Counted from the stretch's first letter, positions 1 through 10,153 are shown. The stretch is DNA of 27,263 nucleotides from an uncultured Desulfovibrionaceae bacterium (GCA_964369395.1 CAYJHX010000002.1:1-27263); one strand, 5' to 3'. Notes: a model not told the origin generated them from the sequence alone. A program made the numbers and translations.

Positions 1-1489
1 GGGCGTTTTTACTTAAGTTAATAAGCTCGGTATGGCGACGTACTTCTTGCCTAAAAGTATCGTCATAATCCCAAGTGTGCCTATGACCAAGGCTTTTGGC
101 CATGCTATGGGCTAGAGTTGTTTTGCTTATCATTTCCGTCACATCGCGTTCACCTTTGGGGACAAAATAGCGTCCGTATCTGAAGGTAAATTCATAGGTG
201 GCAAGATCTGGCAAAAGCTGTTTAAAATGCTTTTCAAAATCCGTTCTGGTGCTGTTGTCGTTTAAAAACCCGTAGGCAGAAAACATAAGAAATTCATCAT
301 TGCCATTGCGCGCACATAAGAAAGAATCGTTACTTAAGTGTGTCAAAGCTTGCGCAATTTTTATAAGAACTCTATTTCCTGTTTCGTAATCATACATTTC
401 ATTGATGGCTTTAAAATTTTCTAAATCAAGCTTTTGCATGACATACTTCATATTAGGGGATTTTTTAATAGCCCTTTCAACATCTTGCTTAAATTTAAGC
501 GTATTAGAAAGTCCTGTCAATTCATCATAAAAAGCAACATATTTCACTTCTGCAATGGTTTTGCGTTTTAGAAAAACAATATAGGCGCAAAAAAAGAGGA
601 ATACAAAGAGCATTCCACCAGCAACATGCTGTACTTCTTTAGAAATTTTATGGACGGGATTGACAGAGACATCACGAGATATGACAAAAAGTATCCAATC
701 ATTAATACTGATGGGACGATATTCAATAAGTCTTTCTTCGCCATTGAGAGTAAAACTTGTTCCTCCCCATTGTCGTTTTAGAGCGTGCTGTAAAAAATCT
801 TCATAATGCATATCATCAGAGAATTTCGCTTTTTGCAAAAATTTTAATGAGCGAAAAACATCGCTAGACGAAGCTACGGGAAAACCATTGGTATCCAAAA
901 GAAAAGCGGAACCAGCACTGTCTGTATAGTTTTCTAAGAGCTCTGTAATGAATTTTGTGCCGTATTCTACAATGAGGACACCTAAAATGTTACCGCCTTC
1001 ACGCATGGGTATGCTCACAGAAACTACATCTTGTCCCGTAAACTGTGAAAGGTGCATATCTGTGGCTGTGACGTGGCCTTTCATACCTTCTTGAAAAACA
1101 AATAAAGACGTTACATCTATCTCTTGCCCTGTGGAACGTATACCGTGGCCATGAACATCTGCCATAATAATAGTTTCAAGGCTAAAAGATTTTTCTATAT
1201 TGTGTAAGAATTGTATTTTCGCTTGAGTATCATTGTCAAGGGCTACCAGCGTATTGGTAATACTGGTTAAAGAATCAATAGTATTTTTAATAACACTATT
1301 AAAAGCAGCCTGTTCTTGGCTGGCCATGGCACTGAAGTTTTCTTTGTCTGTAATGTTTAGATTGGTGCGTATATTGGCGTTAAAAGCAGAAAATCCAAGC
1401 ATAACTATAAGTAAAAGCAGGGCAAAAACCACAATGTAAAAAGGGATTTTGGCAAGATGCTTTAATTGTTCTTTCGTCCAAGTGCCCAT
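1..1489 (-). CDS. Membrane Cache-GGDEF(-EAL) c-di-GMP signalling protein, 3' end outside window (partial); paralog of 1557..3788
   Basis: Absent from the ORF track because no stop falls in the window. Manual translation from ATG 1489 gives MGTWTKEQLKHLAKIPFYIVVFALLLLIVMLG...IEYRPISINDW...VAFYDELTGLSN...MQKLDLENFKAINEMY...CARNGNDEFLMF...EFTFRYGRY. It is colinear with the neighbouring ORF and open to position 1. An EAL domain is presumed from the paralog but is not seen. Confidence 0.88.
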   Translation of the reverse strand, partial: MGTWTKEQLKHLAKIPFYIVVFALLLLIVMLGFSAFNANIRTNLNITDKENFSAMASQEQAAFNSVIKNTIDSLTSITNTLVALDNDTQAKIQFLHNIEKSFSLETIIMADVHGHGIRSTGQEIDVTSLFVFQEGMKGHVTATDMHLSQFTGQDVVSVSIPMREGGNILGVLIVEYGTKFITELLENYTDSAGSAFLLDTNGFPVASSSDVFRSLKFLQKAKFSDDMHYEDFLQHALKRQWGGTSFTLNGEERLIEYRPISINDWILFVISRDVSVNPVHKISKEVQHVAGGMLFVFLFFCAYIVFLKRKTIAEVKYVAFYDELTGLSNTLKFKQDVERAIKKSPNMKYVMQKLDLENFKAINEMYDYETGNRVLIKIAQALTHLSNDSFLCARNGNDEFLMFSAYGFLNDNSTRTDFEKHFKQLLPDLATYEFTFRYGRYFVPKGERDVTEMISKTTLAHSMAKSLGHRHTWDYDDTFRQEVRRHTELINLSKNA

Positions 1490-1556
1490 TTGCTGTATTA
1501 AAAGGGAAAGACGTGCTGCTTTTATGTTTTTTGCCCAAGAATAGCAGAGCGGAAAT

Positions 1557-3788
1557 TTATTTTGTCGGGGCATTGTGGTCTCCTAGGTAGGATTGCTCAA
1601 ACTCTATGAGAGGCATAGGTTTGGCGTAAAAATAGCCTTGTACTATTTCGCAGTGGACACTTTTTAAAAAATCAATTTGATCGGCAGTTTCAATGCCTTC
1701 GGCCACAATATTCATGTCGAGAGCTCGCGCGATTTTTATAATACCTTTAACTACCACATCTCCGCGCGAGTCATCTTTGTTTTCATCAAAAAAACTTTTA
1801 TCAAGTTTAAGCGCGTCTACGGTGAAATTTTTGAGCATACCCAGCGAAGAATATCCGGCTCCAAAGTCGTCAATGGAAACAGAAAAACCCGCTTCGTGCA
1901 AATCATCTAAAATTTTTGAAAATTCGTGTATATTTTCAGTAGCAGCAGACTCAGTAAGTTCTACTTCAATATATTGGCGTATGTTGCCATAAGCATCGCA
2001 AATGTTTTTAATGTCTTGGACAAAATAAGGATTTTGCAAATGCATTCGTGAAAAGTTCACAGAAATGGGCACTAAAGAATAACCTGCTTGTAGCCAAAGC
2101 TTTATTTGTCGGCATACGCGTTGCAAGATATACATATCCAAGTGAACTATAAAACCGTTTTTTTCAAAAAGTGGGATAAATTCATCGGGATAAATCATTT
2201 TTCCGTCGGGTTCAATCCAACGAACTAAGGCTTCGGCACCGTGCAATTTATTTTTAGTAATATGTATTTTAGGTTGAAGAAAAACTTTAAACTCTTTATT
2301 TTCTATACCATTTTTTCGCTTATTATTGATTTCTGCCATACGTAAGACGTGCTTTTTTAAACTGTCATCGTAGGTGTAGATTTTTTTGTCATTAAGTATT
2401 TTGGCTCTATGATGAGCCATAGTGGTTTTATTTATCATTTCAAAAACATCGTGTTCGTCAGATTCGATAATATAGCGACCGTAGGTAAACGAAAATTCAT
2501 GGTCGGCAAGTTCGGGAATCAGTAATTTAAATTTTGTCTCATAGGCAAGGGTAGAGGTTTCATCTTTGTTAAAAAAAGTATCTTGAGCAAACATGAAAAA
2601 TTCATCGGCACCCACTCGAGCGCAAATAAGAGTCGGCTCGTCGATATGTTTTAATGTTGCAGCAAGTTTTTTGATAACAACATTGCCTGTGTCATGCCCA
2701 AACATTTCATTGATGGCTTTGAAATTTTTCATATCTACCTTTTGCATGATAAAAGGCATTTGGGGATTTTCTTTAAGTGCTTTTCGCACAAGCTCTTTAA
2801 AGCCCACAAGGTTGGGCAATCCTGTGAGCTCATCATAAAAGGCCACTGTTTCAATATCATGAACCCCTTTGCGCTTTAGGTACATAATAGTTGCTAAAAA
2901 GATGAAGAGGGAAATAGTAATGGCTATGAGTAAATAGCGTATGCCATCAGAAATATGACGAATTAAGGTGTCTGAAACATCTTCTGATACAACCAAAATA
3001 GACCAATTTTTTAACGCTATAGGGCGGTATTCTAAAATACGTTTTTCGCCATCCATATACACAACAGTACCCCCGCCATGAGGGTTTCGTGTACGAATAT
3101 TTTTTAAAAGCTCTTCATAGGTTATGCTATTTTGAAAGGTGGCATTGCTAAAAGGGGTGAAATATTCGTGCTTATAACTGGTACTGGTAACAACGTGACC
3201 TTCGGCATCGATAACAACGGTATAGCCCTTTTCATCGGCTTCATCCACAAGCTTGGTAAGTCTTTCGTTAATAAATTCAATGCTGTATTCAACAATAACT
3301 ACGCCAACGACTTTATCTTCTAAAAGAATAGGAGAGCTGGCAGCAAGCACCTCTTTGCCGGTAAAGCGCGATTGAAAGGGGGCTGTGGCGTATACACGCC
3401 CTTGCAAAGCTGCTTGAAAAGCTTCGCTGTCTACCACATCGACTTGTTTAAAGTTTGACAGGCGACCAATACCATGGGTATTTGCAAAAATAACACTACT
3501 AATACCAAGATTGTTTTCTAAAATTTGCAAGTATTCCGCAACTGCCTCTTGATTGTTAGCAATAATGAGCAGAGATTTGGACATACTAGCTATATTTTTA
3601 GCCTGGGTGGCAATGAAACCATTGATGGAAGCTTGTTGTTGCTTGGCTGAGAGTCGTATATTTTCAATTTCTGTTTGTTCAAGTTTTGTGTGAACATCTT
3701 TAAAAAAGAGGAACATAAAGAGCGCTGCCAGAATAAAGCTGAGACCAAACCAGAAAAAAATACGCTGGTTTTCGTTGGTAAAATTCAT
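1557..3788 (-). CDS. Cache sensor-GGDEF-EAL protein, probable c-di-GMP phosphodiesterase
   Basis: Two TM segments flank a Cache-like periplasmic region. It has FYDELTGLPN, a degenerate GADEF, and intact EAL motifs (QPK, EALVRW, SVNFS, EVELTES, DDFGAGYSS, KLDKSF, AEGIE, QGY). Confidence 0.93.
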   Translation of the reverse strand: MNFTNENQRIFFWFGLSFILAALFMFLFFKDVHTKLEQTEIENIRLSAKQQQASINGFIATQAKNIASMSKSLLIIANNQEAVAEYLQILENNLGISSVIFANTHGIGRLSNFKQVDVVDSEAFQAALQGRVYATAPFQSRFTGKEVLAASSPILLEDKVVGVVIVEYSIEFINERLTKLVDEADEKGYTVVIDAEGHVVTSTSYKHEYFTPFSNATFQNSITYEELLKNIRTRNPHGGGTVVYMDGEKRILEYRPIALKNWSILVVSEDVSDTLIRHISDGIRYLLIAITISLFIFLATIMYLKRKGVHDIETVAFYDELTGLPNLVGFKELVRKALKENPQMPFIMQKVDMKNFKAINEMFGHDTGNVVIKKLAATLKHIDEPTLICARVGADEFFMFAQDTFFNKDETSTLAYETKFKLLIPELADHEFSFTYGRYIIESDEHDVFEMINKTTMAHHRAKILNDKKIYTYDDSLKKHVLRMAEINNKRKNGIENKEFKVFLQPKIHITKNKLHGAEALVRWIEPDGKMIYPDEFIPLFEKNGFIVHLDMYILQRVCRQIKLWLQAGYSLVPISVNFSRMHLQNPYFVQDIKNICDAYGNIRQYIEVELTESAATENIHEFSKILDDLHEAGFSVSIDDFGAGYSSLGMLKNFTVDALKLDKSFFDENKDDSRGDVVVKGIIKIARALDMNIVAEGIETADQIDFLKSVHCEIVQGYFYAKPMPLIEFEQSYLGDHNAPTK

Positions 3789-3889
3789 ACAGTCTCCGTC
3801 TTGAATATAGAGCTAATTTTATAAAATAGCAGGCTTTTAGCAATTTTCTTATAGCTTTAAAGTGATGTAAGGTGATTTTTTAAGGGGTT

Positions 3890-3918
3890 ATTTTCAGTAA
3901 TTTATTATTCGATGTCAA
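3890..3918 (-). promoter_or_regulatory. Possible sigma-70 promoter for the GGDEF-EAL pair
   Basis: Minus-strand TTGACA (3918-3913), 17-bp spacer, GAAAAT (3895-3890), about 100 bp upstream of the 3788 start. Confidence 0.35.
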
Positions 3919-3978
3919 CAGAATACTTTTGTTTTAAAATTTCAATGTTTGTGGAAAATTTTCATTGTATCATGAAAT

Positions 3979-4006
3979 AAAAAAACCTTATACATAGCGT
4001 ATAAGG
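3979..4006 (-). terminator. Intrinsic terminator after the CYTH gene
   Basis: CCTTATAC-atagc-GTATAAGG stem (3986-4006) followed on the minus strand by a T7 tract. Confidence 0.75.
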
Positions 4007-4062
4007 CTTAGGACGCATGGTTTTTGTTATATCAACATTCCTGCATAATGAAAAAAGTATGA

Positions 4063-4542
4063 CTATTTTTGCCCTTTCTTCCATTGAGAAAAAGGATTTT
4101 TGGCAAGGGCAGCATTGCGGTAGCGAGCGTCAAAGGTGACTTCTTCTCCAAGCCAGCTTGGTTTTTCAAAGGTTTCTTGGGTATCGTGTAATTCGATTTC
4201 TGCCACAATAAGGCCGGCATTGTCTCCACAAAATTCATCTATTTCCCAAACATGAGGCGGGGAAGGGACTTTATGGCGAATTTTATAGATGAGCGGTGGA
4301 TGGGCTAAGTTTTCTAAAAGCTCTTGCGCATCGTGCAGAGGAATGGGGTATTCAAACTCTGGTCGTCCAATGCCATCTTTAGGGCCTTTGATGGTAAGGA
4401 AGGCCGCCGTATCTTCGGTACGTACGCGGACAAAACAATTGTGTGCGGAATAAATATAGCCCTGACAAAATTTGTGAGATACAGCATGTTCACGCCATGC
4501 GTCGCCTATGACCAAGAATTTTCTTTCAATTTCTGTATGCAT
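4063..4542 (-). CDS. CYTH-domain (triphosphate tunnel metalloenzyme / class IV adenylate cyclase-like) protein
   Basis: N-terminal EIERKFLV signature, VRVR, LTIKG, EFEY, WEIDEF, AEIEL, WLGEEVT. Confidence 0.93.
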   Translation of the reverse strand: MHTEIERKFLVIGDAWREHAVSHKFCQGYIYSAHNCFVRVRTEDTAAFLTIKGPKDGIGRPEFEYPIPLHDAQELLENLAHPPLIYKIRHKVPSPPHVWEIDEFCGDNAGLIVAEIELHDTQETFEKPSWLGEEVTFDARYRNAALAKNPFSQWKKGQK

Positions 4543-4571
4543 AGTATCCCCCAGTTGTTACGTGCAGGTTT

Positions 4572-5540
4572 TTAATACAGATAATTCCACGCCTTTTCCC
4601 ACGGTCCATCATGCTTTATATCTTTAATACTAATGCAATAGTGCGGCTTTTGCAAGGCTTGGCAAAAAGTAGTATTTGTTTGCGGTGGGATGATGGAATC
4701 GTTGTGACTAGTCATATGCCTTTGCGGAATATGACGAAGTTGTGGGGCTATATCTATGGGGTCGAGCGAACCTGTGAGGGGGCTTATTTTATGCCAGTCT
4801 ACCCATGTTTTGAGGTCTAAATTGCCCGCAATACTGCCAAGAAATGTCACATCGCCAAGGGCTTTACGCTGTGCTGCCACCAAGGCTGCCACGGCCCCTC
4901 CGCCGGAATAGCCCACTATCACCACTTTTTTTGCGCCCACTTGAGATTTTACAATACTTATGGCTTCGTTGGTGGCTGTGATAACTTCAGGAGCAAAGCG
5001 GTGCGATGTCCAGTACTTCATATCACAAGGAGGAGAGTTGTGTACGTATTGGCAAGGGCGAGCTAGATAGAGCACCGGCCCAGAGGTGGGGTCATTTTGT
5101 GCAATGTTTAATGTGGTTGTTTGTGTGGGTGTAGGGTCAGAAGAAGGCTGATAGCGCGTAAGCCACGCTTGCCCATCTCCTTCTATATAGACATGTAACG
5201 TGTCGTGATTGTGTACTTGCGACGAGGCTTGGGTTTGTACATTTTCCTGAGTATGTGTGTAGGGGAGTTGGTTATGGTTTTGCGTTTGCGCATATGATTG
5301 TGATAATTGTTGTGCTGGCGTCGTTACTTGTAGTGAGCCAGAAGGTTGTGCCGGACGCAAAAGAGCGTAAAGGGTAAAGGTGCTTGTGGGAATATTTTGT
5401 TGAATGAAGCCACGAAATGTTATGGCTTCATCAATTTTTTTGTTTACAAAGGCAGCGCCGTAGTTCGACGCTGCGCAGGCCGTAAGTAAAAATACTATAC
5501 AGAGTAAGGAGAGAAAAGAATATGTATGTCGTGTCATCAT
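4572..5540 (-). CDS. Alpha/beta-hydrolase lipoprotein (esterase-like)
   Basis: Signal peptide with LTAC lipobox, VYIEGDG, YLARPCQY, nucleophile elbow GYSGG, and C-terminal Asp/His candidates (DSII, KHDG). Confidence 0.85.
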   Translation of the reverse strand: MMTRHTYSFLSLLCIVFLLTACAASNYGAAFVNKKIDEAITFRGFIQQNIPTSTFTLYALLRPAQPSGSLQVTTPAQQLSQSYAQTQNHNQLPYTHTQENVQTQASSQVHNHDTLHVYIEGDGQAWLTRYQPSSDPTPTQTTTLNIAQNDPTSGPVLYLARPCQYVHNSPPCDMKYWTSHRFAPEVITATNEAISIVKSQVGAKKVVIVGYSGGGAVAALVAAQRKALGDVTFLGSIAGNLDLKTWVDWHKISPLTGSLDPIDIAPQLRHIPQRHMTSHNDSIIPPQTNTTFCQALQKPHYCISIKDIKHDGPWEKAWNYLY

Positions 5541-7991
5541 TTACTTTCCGCATGTCAGAGGGGTTTGTAATTGGCGAGAAATTTTAATGCGCGCTTCCAT
5601 ATACAGCGCAAGGGCGGCAATGGCTTCATCGCATATGGAGAATATGGGTATGCCAAGATGCATTAAAGCTTGTTTATATTCATGAAACAATGAGCCGCCA
5701 TCTACAATACCAATGAGCGGTTTGGGGAGTTTACCCCCATGGCGCTCAAGAAGTTCTTGCACATAAAACACCATGCTTTCAGGGCTGTGCATGCTTAAGG
5801 GGGCATCTTTTTGCGGCAAGGTATGCGTAAAAGGAGAAAGCGGGGCACAACTCATGACGACAGCATCGATACCTTTATCTTGAAGTAATATTTCTGCCAC
5901 TTGCATATGTATTTTATCGTTGGAGGCAGGGTTAATGTCTAAGGGGTTTTGCACGCTGACTAAAGAGTCCAGCTTATTTTCTATAAAAATATTTCGGAGT
6001 TTTTGCTGTGTGTCAGGGCTAAAATTGCACAAGCTCATACTGTAAGCATCGGATTGAATGGAATCTGCCATGCCCACGGCTTCAAAGCCTGCACCGCTAA
6101 AGGCTGCAAGGCGCCGACCGCCAATATGCATATGGTGTAGGTGTTCGGCCAGCATAAATACATTTTGGAATTCCGTAAACGTGCGGGTAACAATGGCACC
6201 GGCCTCACTAACGCAACTTTCACAAACCATATAATCCCCCGCCAGTGAAGCTGTATGGCCACTGGTGGCGTGTTTGCCTTCGGGGGTACGTCCGGCCTTG
6301 TAAAAGACCACCACCTTACCCGCTTGAACGGCAGTACGCACCGCTTGCACGAAAGCTAATCCGTCCTCATCAACAAAACCTTCAGCATACACGGCAATGA
6401 CATTAACCTCTTTATGTGTGCTAAAGTATTGCAACATATCGCCCAGCGTAATGTCTGATTGATTGCCCATAGATATCATATAGCCCGGTGCCAGTTGGGG
6501 CATTTGGCTAATGCGATGCACCATAAAAGCGCCACTTTGGCTGATAAGTGCTGATTTATGATAGCTATGGGGTGGGCATTGTCCCGGAAGGGCTTGTTCC
6601 ATGCGTTGAATAAGGGGGAATTTTTCGCGAGGAATAAACCACGTATCATAATTTCCCGGATGTGAAACCACGCCCATGCAATTGGCGCCAAGAAAGATGG
6701 GGCCACCGTCTTTTTGGCTATGCCCGCGTTGCATATCTTCTTTAACTTTTTCTGCGCGCTCTTGGCTGTGTTCTGTTTCGCCCATATTACCTGCAATAAG
6801 CATGACTGATTGGGCCAAATTGTGTTCAATAATACTGTGTATCATAGGTGGCAGGGCTTCTGCTCCTACAGCCATGACCAACAAATCTACAGGGGGGTCT
6901 ACGGCTTCTATATTTGGCAAGCACGCAATGTCAGCAATACTTTTTTCTTTTTCGTGGAATAGGACAATATTTTCTTTAGGAAAACCTGAACTGATAATAT
7001 TGTCCAAAATCATGCGACCAAAGTTTTTTCTGGTGGAAGAAACCCCCACTATGCCAATACGTTCGGGGTGTAAGAGGTTATGAATTTTATGTATGGGGCG
7101 TTTGGGCAAGCAAGCATGTGGTAAGGAAAAACGGCATAAGCCGTCTAGGGGTACCATACGAAAATCAGAAAAGGCAAAGGGGTTTATTTCTAATTCTTCA
7201 ATAATAAAGGGCGCGTCGGGGTTTTGGGCAGAAAAAAACTTACCCATTTCAATGAAGGAAGCAAAACATTCGATGAGCTGTTCATCACTGACAATGCGCC
7301 CACTACCGCGGCTGTATCCGGCAAGTTTTTGATAAGAAATAGTTTTACGAAAAAGCTGAAAAAAACTTTCGCCATCGACCATTTCCACAGAGGCTGCCAC
7401 AATGGCTTGGCCTTTGCTAAAGCGTTTGGCGTACAATTCGGTATCAGTGCCACCAAGGCCGGCACTGATGATGGTGCCAAATTCGCGGCTATGGCGCAAA
7501 CCTACAATGAGCTCGTTACCAAAAGCTTGAGAATCTGGTGGCATGTACTGGGTAAGCATAATGCCGCGTACATCGTTTTGCACAGCATAGAGTAAGTCTT
7601 CCCCTTTAAGCCCTTCATAGTGTTCTGACGCATATTCTGGCATTCTTTCTATAAGATGCGCAAAAGTTTCGGGGACTTCATAAAACATACGGCGCACAGC
7701 AGAGCGCACTTTTTCTGGCCTTAAAGGTACAATGCGTACGCCCTTGGCTTCGGTTTTATGAACTATGGTGGGCGAAACAATTTTTAAAACAATTTTATCA
7801 CCGCTAAATTGGGCTAAATCTTCATCAGTAGGGCGAGAATTACGCGAAATAAGCAAGGTTTTTGGCGGGGTTTCAGCGCCTGAAAGGGCAAGTAATTCAT
7901 AAACTTCGTATTCAAAAAGATAGGTTCTTTGTTGCTCTTGAGCGCGGGAAAAAATATGAGTTATGGCGGAAAAGTCGATGGAAAATTGCAT
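5541..7991 (-). CDS. ADP-forming acyl/acetate-CoA ligase family protein (N-terminal ATP-grasp, then CoA-binding and ligase domains)
   Basis: ATP-grasp motifs VLKIVSPTIVHKTE, ELIVG, ELEINP. CoA-binding IGIVGVS, LGANCMG. ALISQSGA, ISMGNQSD, and phospho-His motif SGHTASLAG. Confidence 0.9.
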   Translation of the reverse strand: MQFSIDFSAITHIFSRAQEQQRTYLFEYEVYELLALSGAETPPKTLLISRNSRPTDEDLAQFSGDKIVLKIVSPTIVHKTEAKGVRIVPLRPEKVRSAVRRMFYEVPETFAHLIERMPEYASEHYEGLKGEDLLYAVQNDVRGIMLTQYMPPDSQAFGNELIVGLRHSREFGTIISAGLGGTDTELYAKRFSKGQAIVAASVEMVDGESFFQLFRKTISYQKLAGYSRGSGRIVSDEQLIECFASFIEMGKFFSAQNPDAPFIIEELEINPFAFSDFRMVPLDGLCRFSLPHACLPKRPIHKIHNLLHPERIGIVGVSSTRKNFGRMILDNIISSGFPKENIVLFHEKEKSIADIACLPNIEAVDPPVDLLVMAVGAEALPPMIHSIIEHNLAQSVMLIAGNMGETEHSQERAEKVKEDMQRGHSQKDGGPIFLGANCMGVVSHPGNYDTWFIPREKFPLIQRMEQALPGQCPPHSYHKSALISQSGAFMVHRISQMPQLAPGYMISMGNQSDITLGDMLQYFSTHKEVNVIAVYAEGFVDEDGLAFVQAVRTAVQAGKVVVFYKAGRTPEGKHATSGHTASLAGDYMVCESCVSEAGAIVTRTFTEFQNVFMLAEHLHHMHIGGRRLAAFSGAGFEAVGMADSIQSDAYSMSLCNFSPDTQQKLRNIFIENKLDSLVSVQNPLDINPASNDKIHMQVAEILLQDKGIDAVVMSCAPLSPFTHTLPQKDAPLSMHSPESMVFYVQELLERHGGKLPKPLIGIVDGGSLFHEYKQALMHLGIPIFSICDEAIAALALYMEARIKISRQLQTPLTCGK

Positions 7992-8111
7992 GGCACATCC
8001 TTTACAAAGAGGGTTACTGTATGATGGAATGCCTATAGATTATAGAGTAAAGCACGCGAAAAGGCAAATGGTCTGTGAGGTGAAGAGAATATGTCTTTTG
8101 TGTGACGTGTC

Positions 8112-8139
8112 TTGACATTACATAAAAGTAGCTTATTAT
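8112..8139 (+). promoter_or_regulatory. Possible sigma-70 promoter for SDR/FUSC genes
   Basis: TTGACA (8112-8117), 16-bp spacer, TATTAT (8134-8139), about 100 bp upstream of ATG 8241. Confidence 0.4.
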
Positions 8140-8240
8140 TCTGTCTTTTTTGGTGCATAATGCGTAGTATGCTTTTTTATAAAATTGTTGATACGCTGGT
8201 GGTAGCCACATGTAGACAGTTTTTTTATAGGAGGTGCTAT

Positions 8241-8939
8241 ATGAAAGTATGTATTATTACGGGCGGTTCTCAAGGTTTGGGTCTTGATATGAGTTTACGT
8301 TTTGTGGCAAGTGGTTTTCGGGTGGTGGTGCTTGATGTGGTAGAAGCTGTGCAAGACGGTGTGGAGTATATTAAAACAGATTTATCTGACCCACAAGATA
8401 TTGTAAAAGCTTTTGCTTCCATTGCTAAAAACTATGGCAAGGCCCATGTGCTCATCAATAATGGTGCCATTTCGGCCTTTGAAAAAAGCATTACGCATAC
8501 GACCCTAGAAGAGATAGACGCGGTATTACAAACGAATTTACGCGGGGCTTACTTATGCGCTCAGGCCTTTATCCCCTTAAATTCTGGGGAAGATTATGGG
8601 CGTATTATTAATATTGCTTCTACGCGTTGGCACCAAAATATGGCCCATTGGGAATTGTACGGCATGAGCAAAGGGGGTCTTGTGTCCTTGACCAATAGCC
8701 TTTGCGTTTCTTTAATAGGTACACCCATCACAGTAAATGCCATAAGCCCTGGGCATATTCATACGGGCCCTTGGGATGCATTGGAAGAGTATGATCATCA
8801 AATTCATCCTTCCAATAGGGTAGGCATGCCACGAGATATTTCTAATGTATGTCTTTTCTTGGCGCACCCAGACAATGATTTTATCAATGGTGCCAATATT
8901 GTGGTGGATGGGGGCATGACCAAGAAAATGATATATTAA
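8241..8939 (+). CDS. Short-chain dehydrogenase/reductase (classical SDR)
   Basis: TGGSQGLG nucleotide-binding motif, INNG, IINIAS, catalytic YGMSK, VNAISPG, VDGG. Start reassigned to ATG 8241, which follows AGGAGG. Confidence 0.93.
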   Translation: MKVCIITGGSQGLGLDMSLRFVASGFRVVVLDVVEAVQDGVEYIKTDLSDPQDIVKAFASIAKNYGKAHVLINNGAISAFEKSITHTTLEEIDAVLQTNLRGAYLCAQAFIPLNSGEDYGRIINIASTRWHQNMAHWELYGMSKGGLVSLTNSLCVSLIGTPITVNAISPGHIHTGPWDALEEYDHQIHPSNRVGMPRDISNVCLFLAHPDNDFINGANIVVDGGMTKKMIY

Positions 8940-8989
8940 ATGAGCTTTTTCTAATATATTCAATATGAACTACATCTTATAGGATACCC

Positions 8990-10153
8990 ATGTCACCATT
9001 ACGAAAAAATAAAGAACACGGCTTTTGGAACACCTTATTTCGTTCTTTTGTGCTAGGTTCCAAGCATGCCTTTAGTTTTAGTTATTGGAAGTCATTACCG
9101 CAAAAATTTGTGGAGGCTTCCACCGCTAAAAACTTCTTATACAGCATAAAAGTAGCCATAGCTTGTATTCTTTCCTACGCCACGGCAGAACTATTACAGC
9201 TTGAATACAGCCTTTGGGCGCCTTTAGCTACGCTTATGGTTATGCAAGTGCACATGTCCACATCCCTAGAGCTATCTTTGTTGCGCCTTTTTGGTACCTT
9301 GGTGGGGGTGGTTTTGGGGCTTTCTTTAGCATCCATCGTGCCTCCTGACTTGCAAGGGCGCTTAATAGCGCTTGCTATTGTGGTGCCTATTTGCGCATTT
9401 TTAGAATTGTGGGAAGAGCGCTTTCGTACTGCAGGGGTGACGGCAGTTTTTGTGTTGTTATTAGGTCATGCCGAAGAAGAAAATGTATGGCTTTTTGGAT
9501 TAAACAGGGTTCTGGAATTGGGCATTGGTAGTGTGATGGCTTTGCTTGTTTCCATCTTGCTTTGGCCGGCATCGGCAGCGGCAGAAGTGCAAAAATCTGC
9601 GCAAAAACAATTTGTAGATGTAGCCGATATTATAAAAAGTATGACCCACGATCTTTTACATCAAGAACATAAAGTATCGCAACGTCGTATGTTTCGATTG
9701 CTTAATAAAATAAGCAATAATACGCAAAAATTTTATAAAGTGCGTAACTATGAATTGGCACATATTTATCGAGAATATCCACTATTGCCACATTCAGTAC
9801 GCTTATTGGATGAATTGCGTATGTATATTTCTACCATGATGGACTCATTGGAAATGGAAGATGAAGAAATGGTGACGCCTGAAGTTGCTAAAATTATAGA
9901 AGAAGTTTCTATAGCTCTTGCAACGACTTTGCTTTGGTTGGCAGCCCCCCAAAACCCGTCCCCAAAGCCTTTGCGCCCCTTGGTAGAAGACAGGGCTATA
10001 CGTTTTGCTACAGTACGCGAAGAGGGGCTGTTTCGCACGTATAAAGCGGATAAAGTTGTAGCATTATTTTCTTTTTATAATGGCCTTAGCCATGCGGCTC
10101 AAGGGGTGGCTTTGTTGCAAGAGCGCGTACAGGCTACGCAAATAGTTCGCTAA
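8990..10153 (+). CDS. FUSC / aromatic acid exporter family membrane protein
   Basis: N-terminal TM bundle with WAPLATLMVMQ, RLFGTLVG and RVLELGIG...LLWP, followed by a helical cytoplasmic domain. Confidence 0.82.
   Translation: MSPLRKNKEHGFWNTLFRSFVLGSKHAFSFSYWKSLPQKFVEASTAKNFLYSIKVAIACILSYATAELLQLEYSLWAPLATLMVMQVHMSTSLELSLLRLFGTLVGVVLGLSLASIVPPDLQGRLIALAIVVPICAFLELWEERFRTAGVTAVFVLLLGHAEEENVWLFGLNRVLELGIGSVMALLVSILLWPASAAAEVQKSAQKQFVDVADIIKSMTHDLLHQEHKVSQRRMFRLLNKISNNTQKFYKVRNYELAHIYREYPLLPHSVRLLDELRMYISTMMDSLEMEDEEMVTPEVAKIIEEVSIALATTLLWLAAPQNPSPKPLRPLVEDRAIRFATVREEGLFRTYKADKVVALFSFYNGLSHAAQGVALLQERVQATQIVR

Noticed and set aside
8112..8240. N-terminal extensions given by the ORF track (SDR from 8112; likewise BCCT 13623, permease 22752, ndk 26544)
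   Set aside because: Downstream ATGs with clear RBS and family-typical N-termini (8241, 13674, 22644, 26496) fit better.
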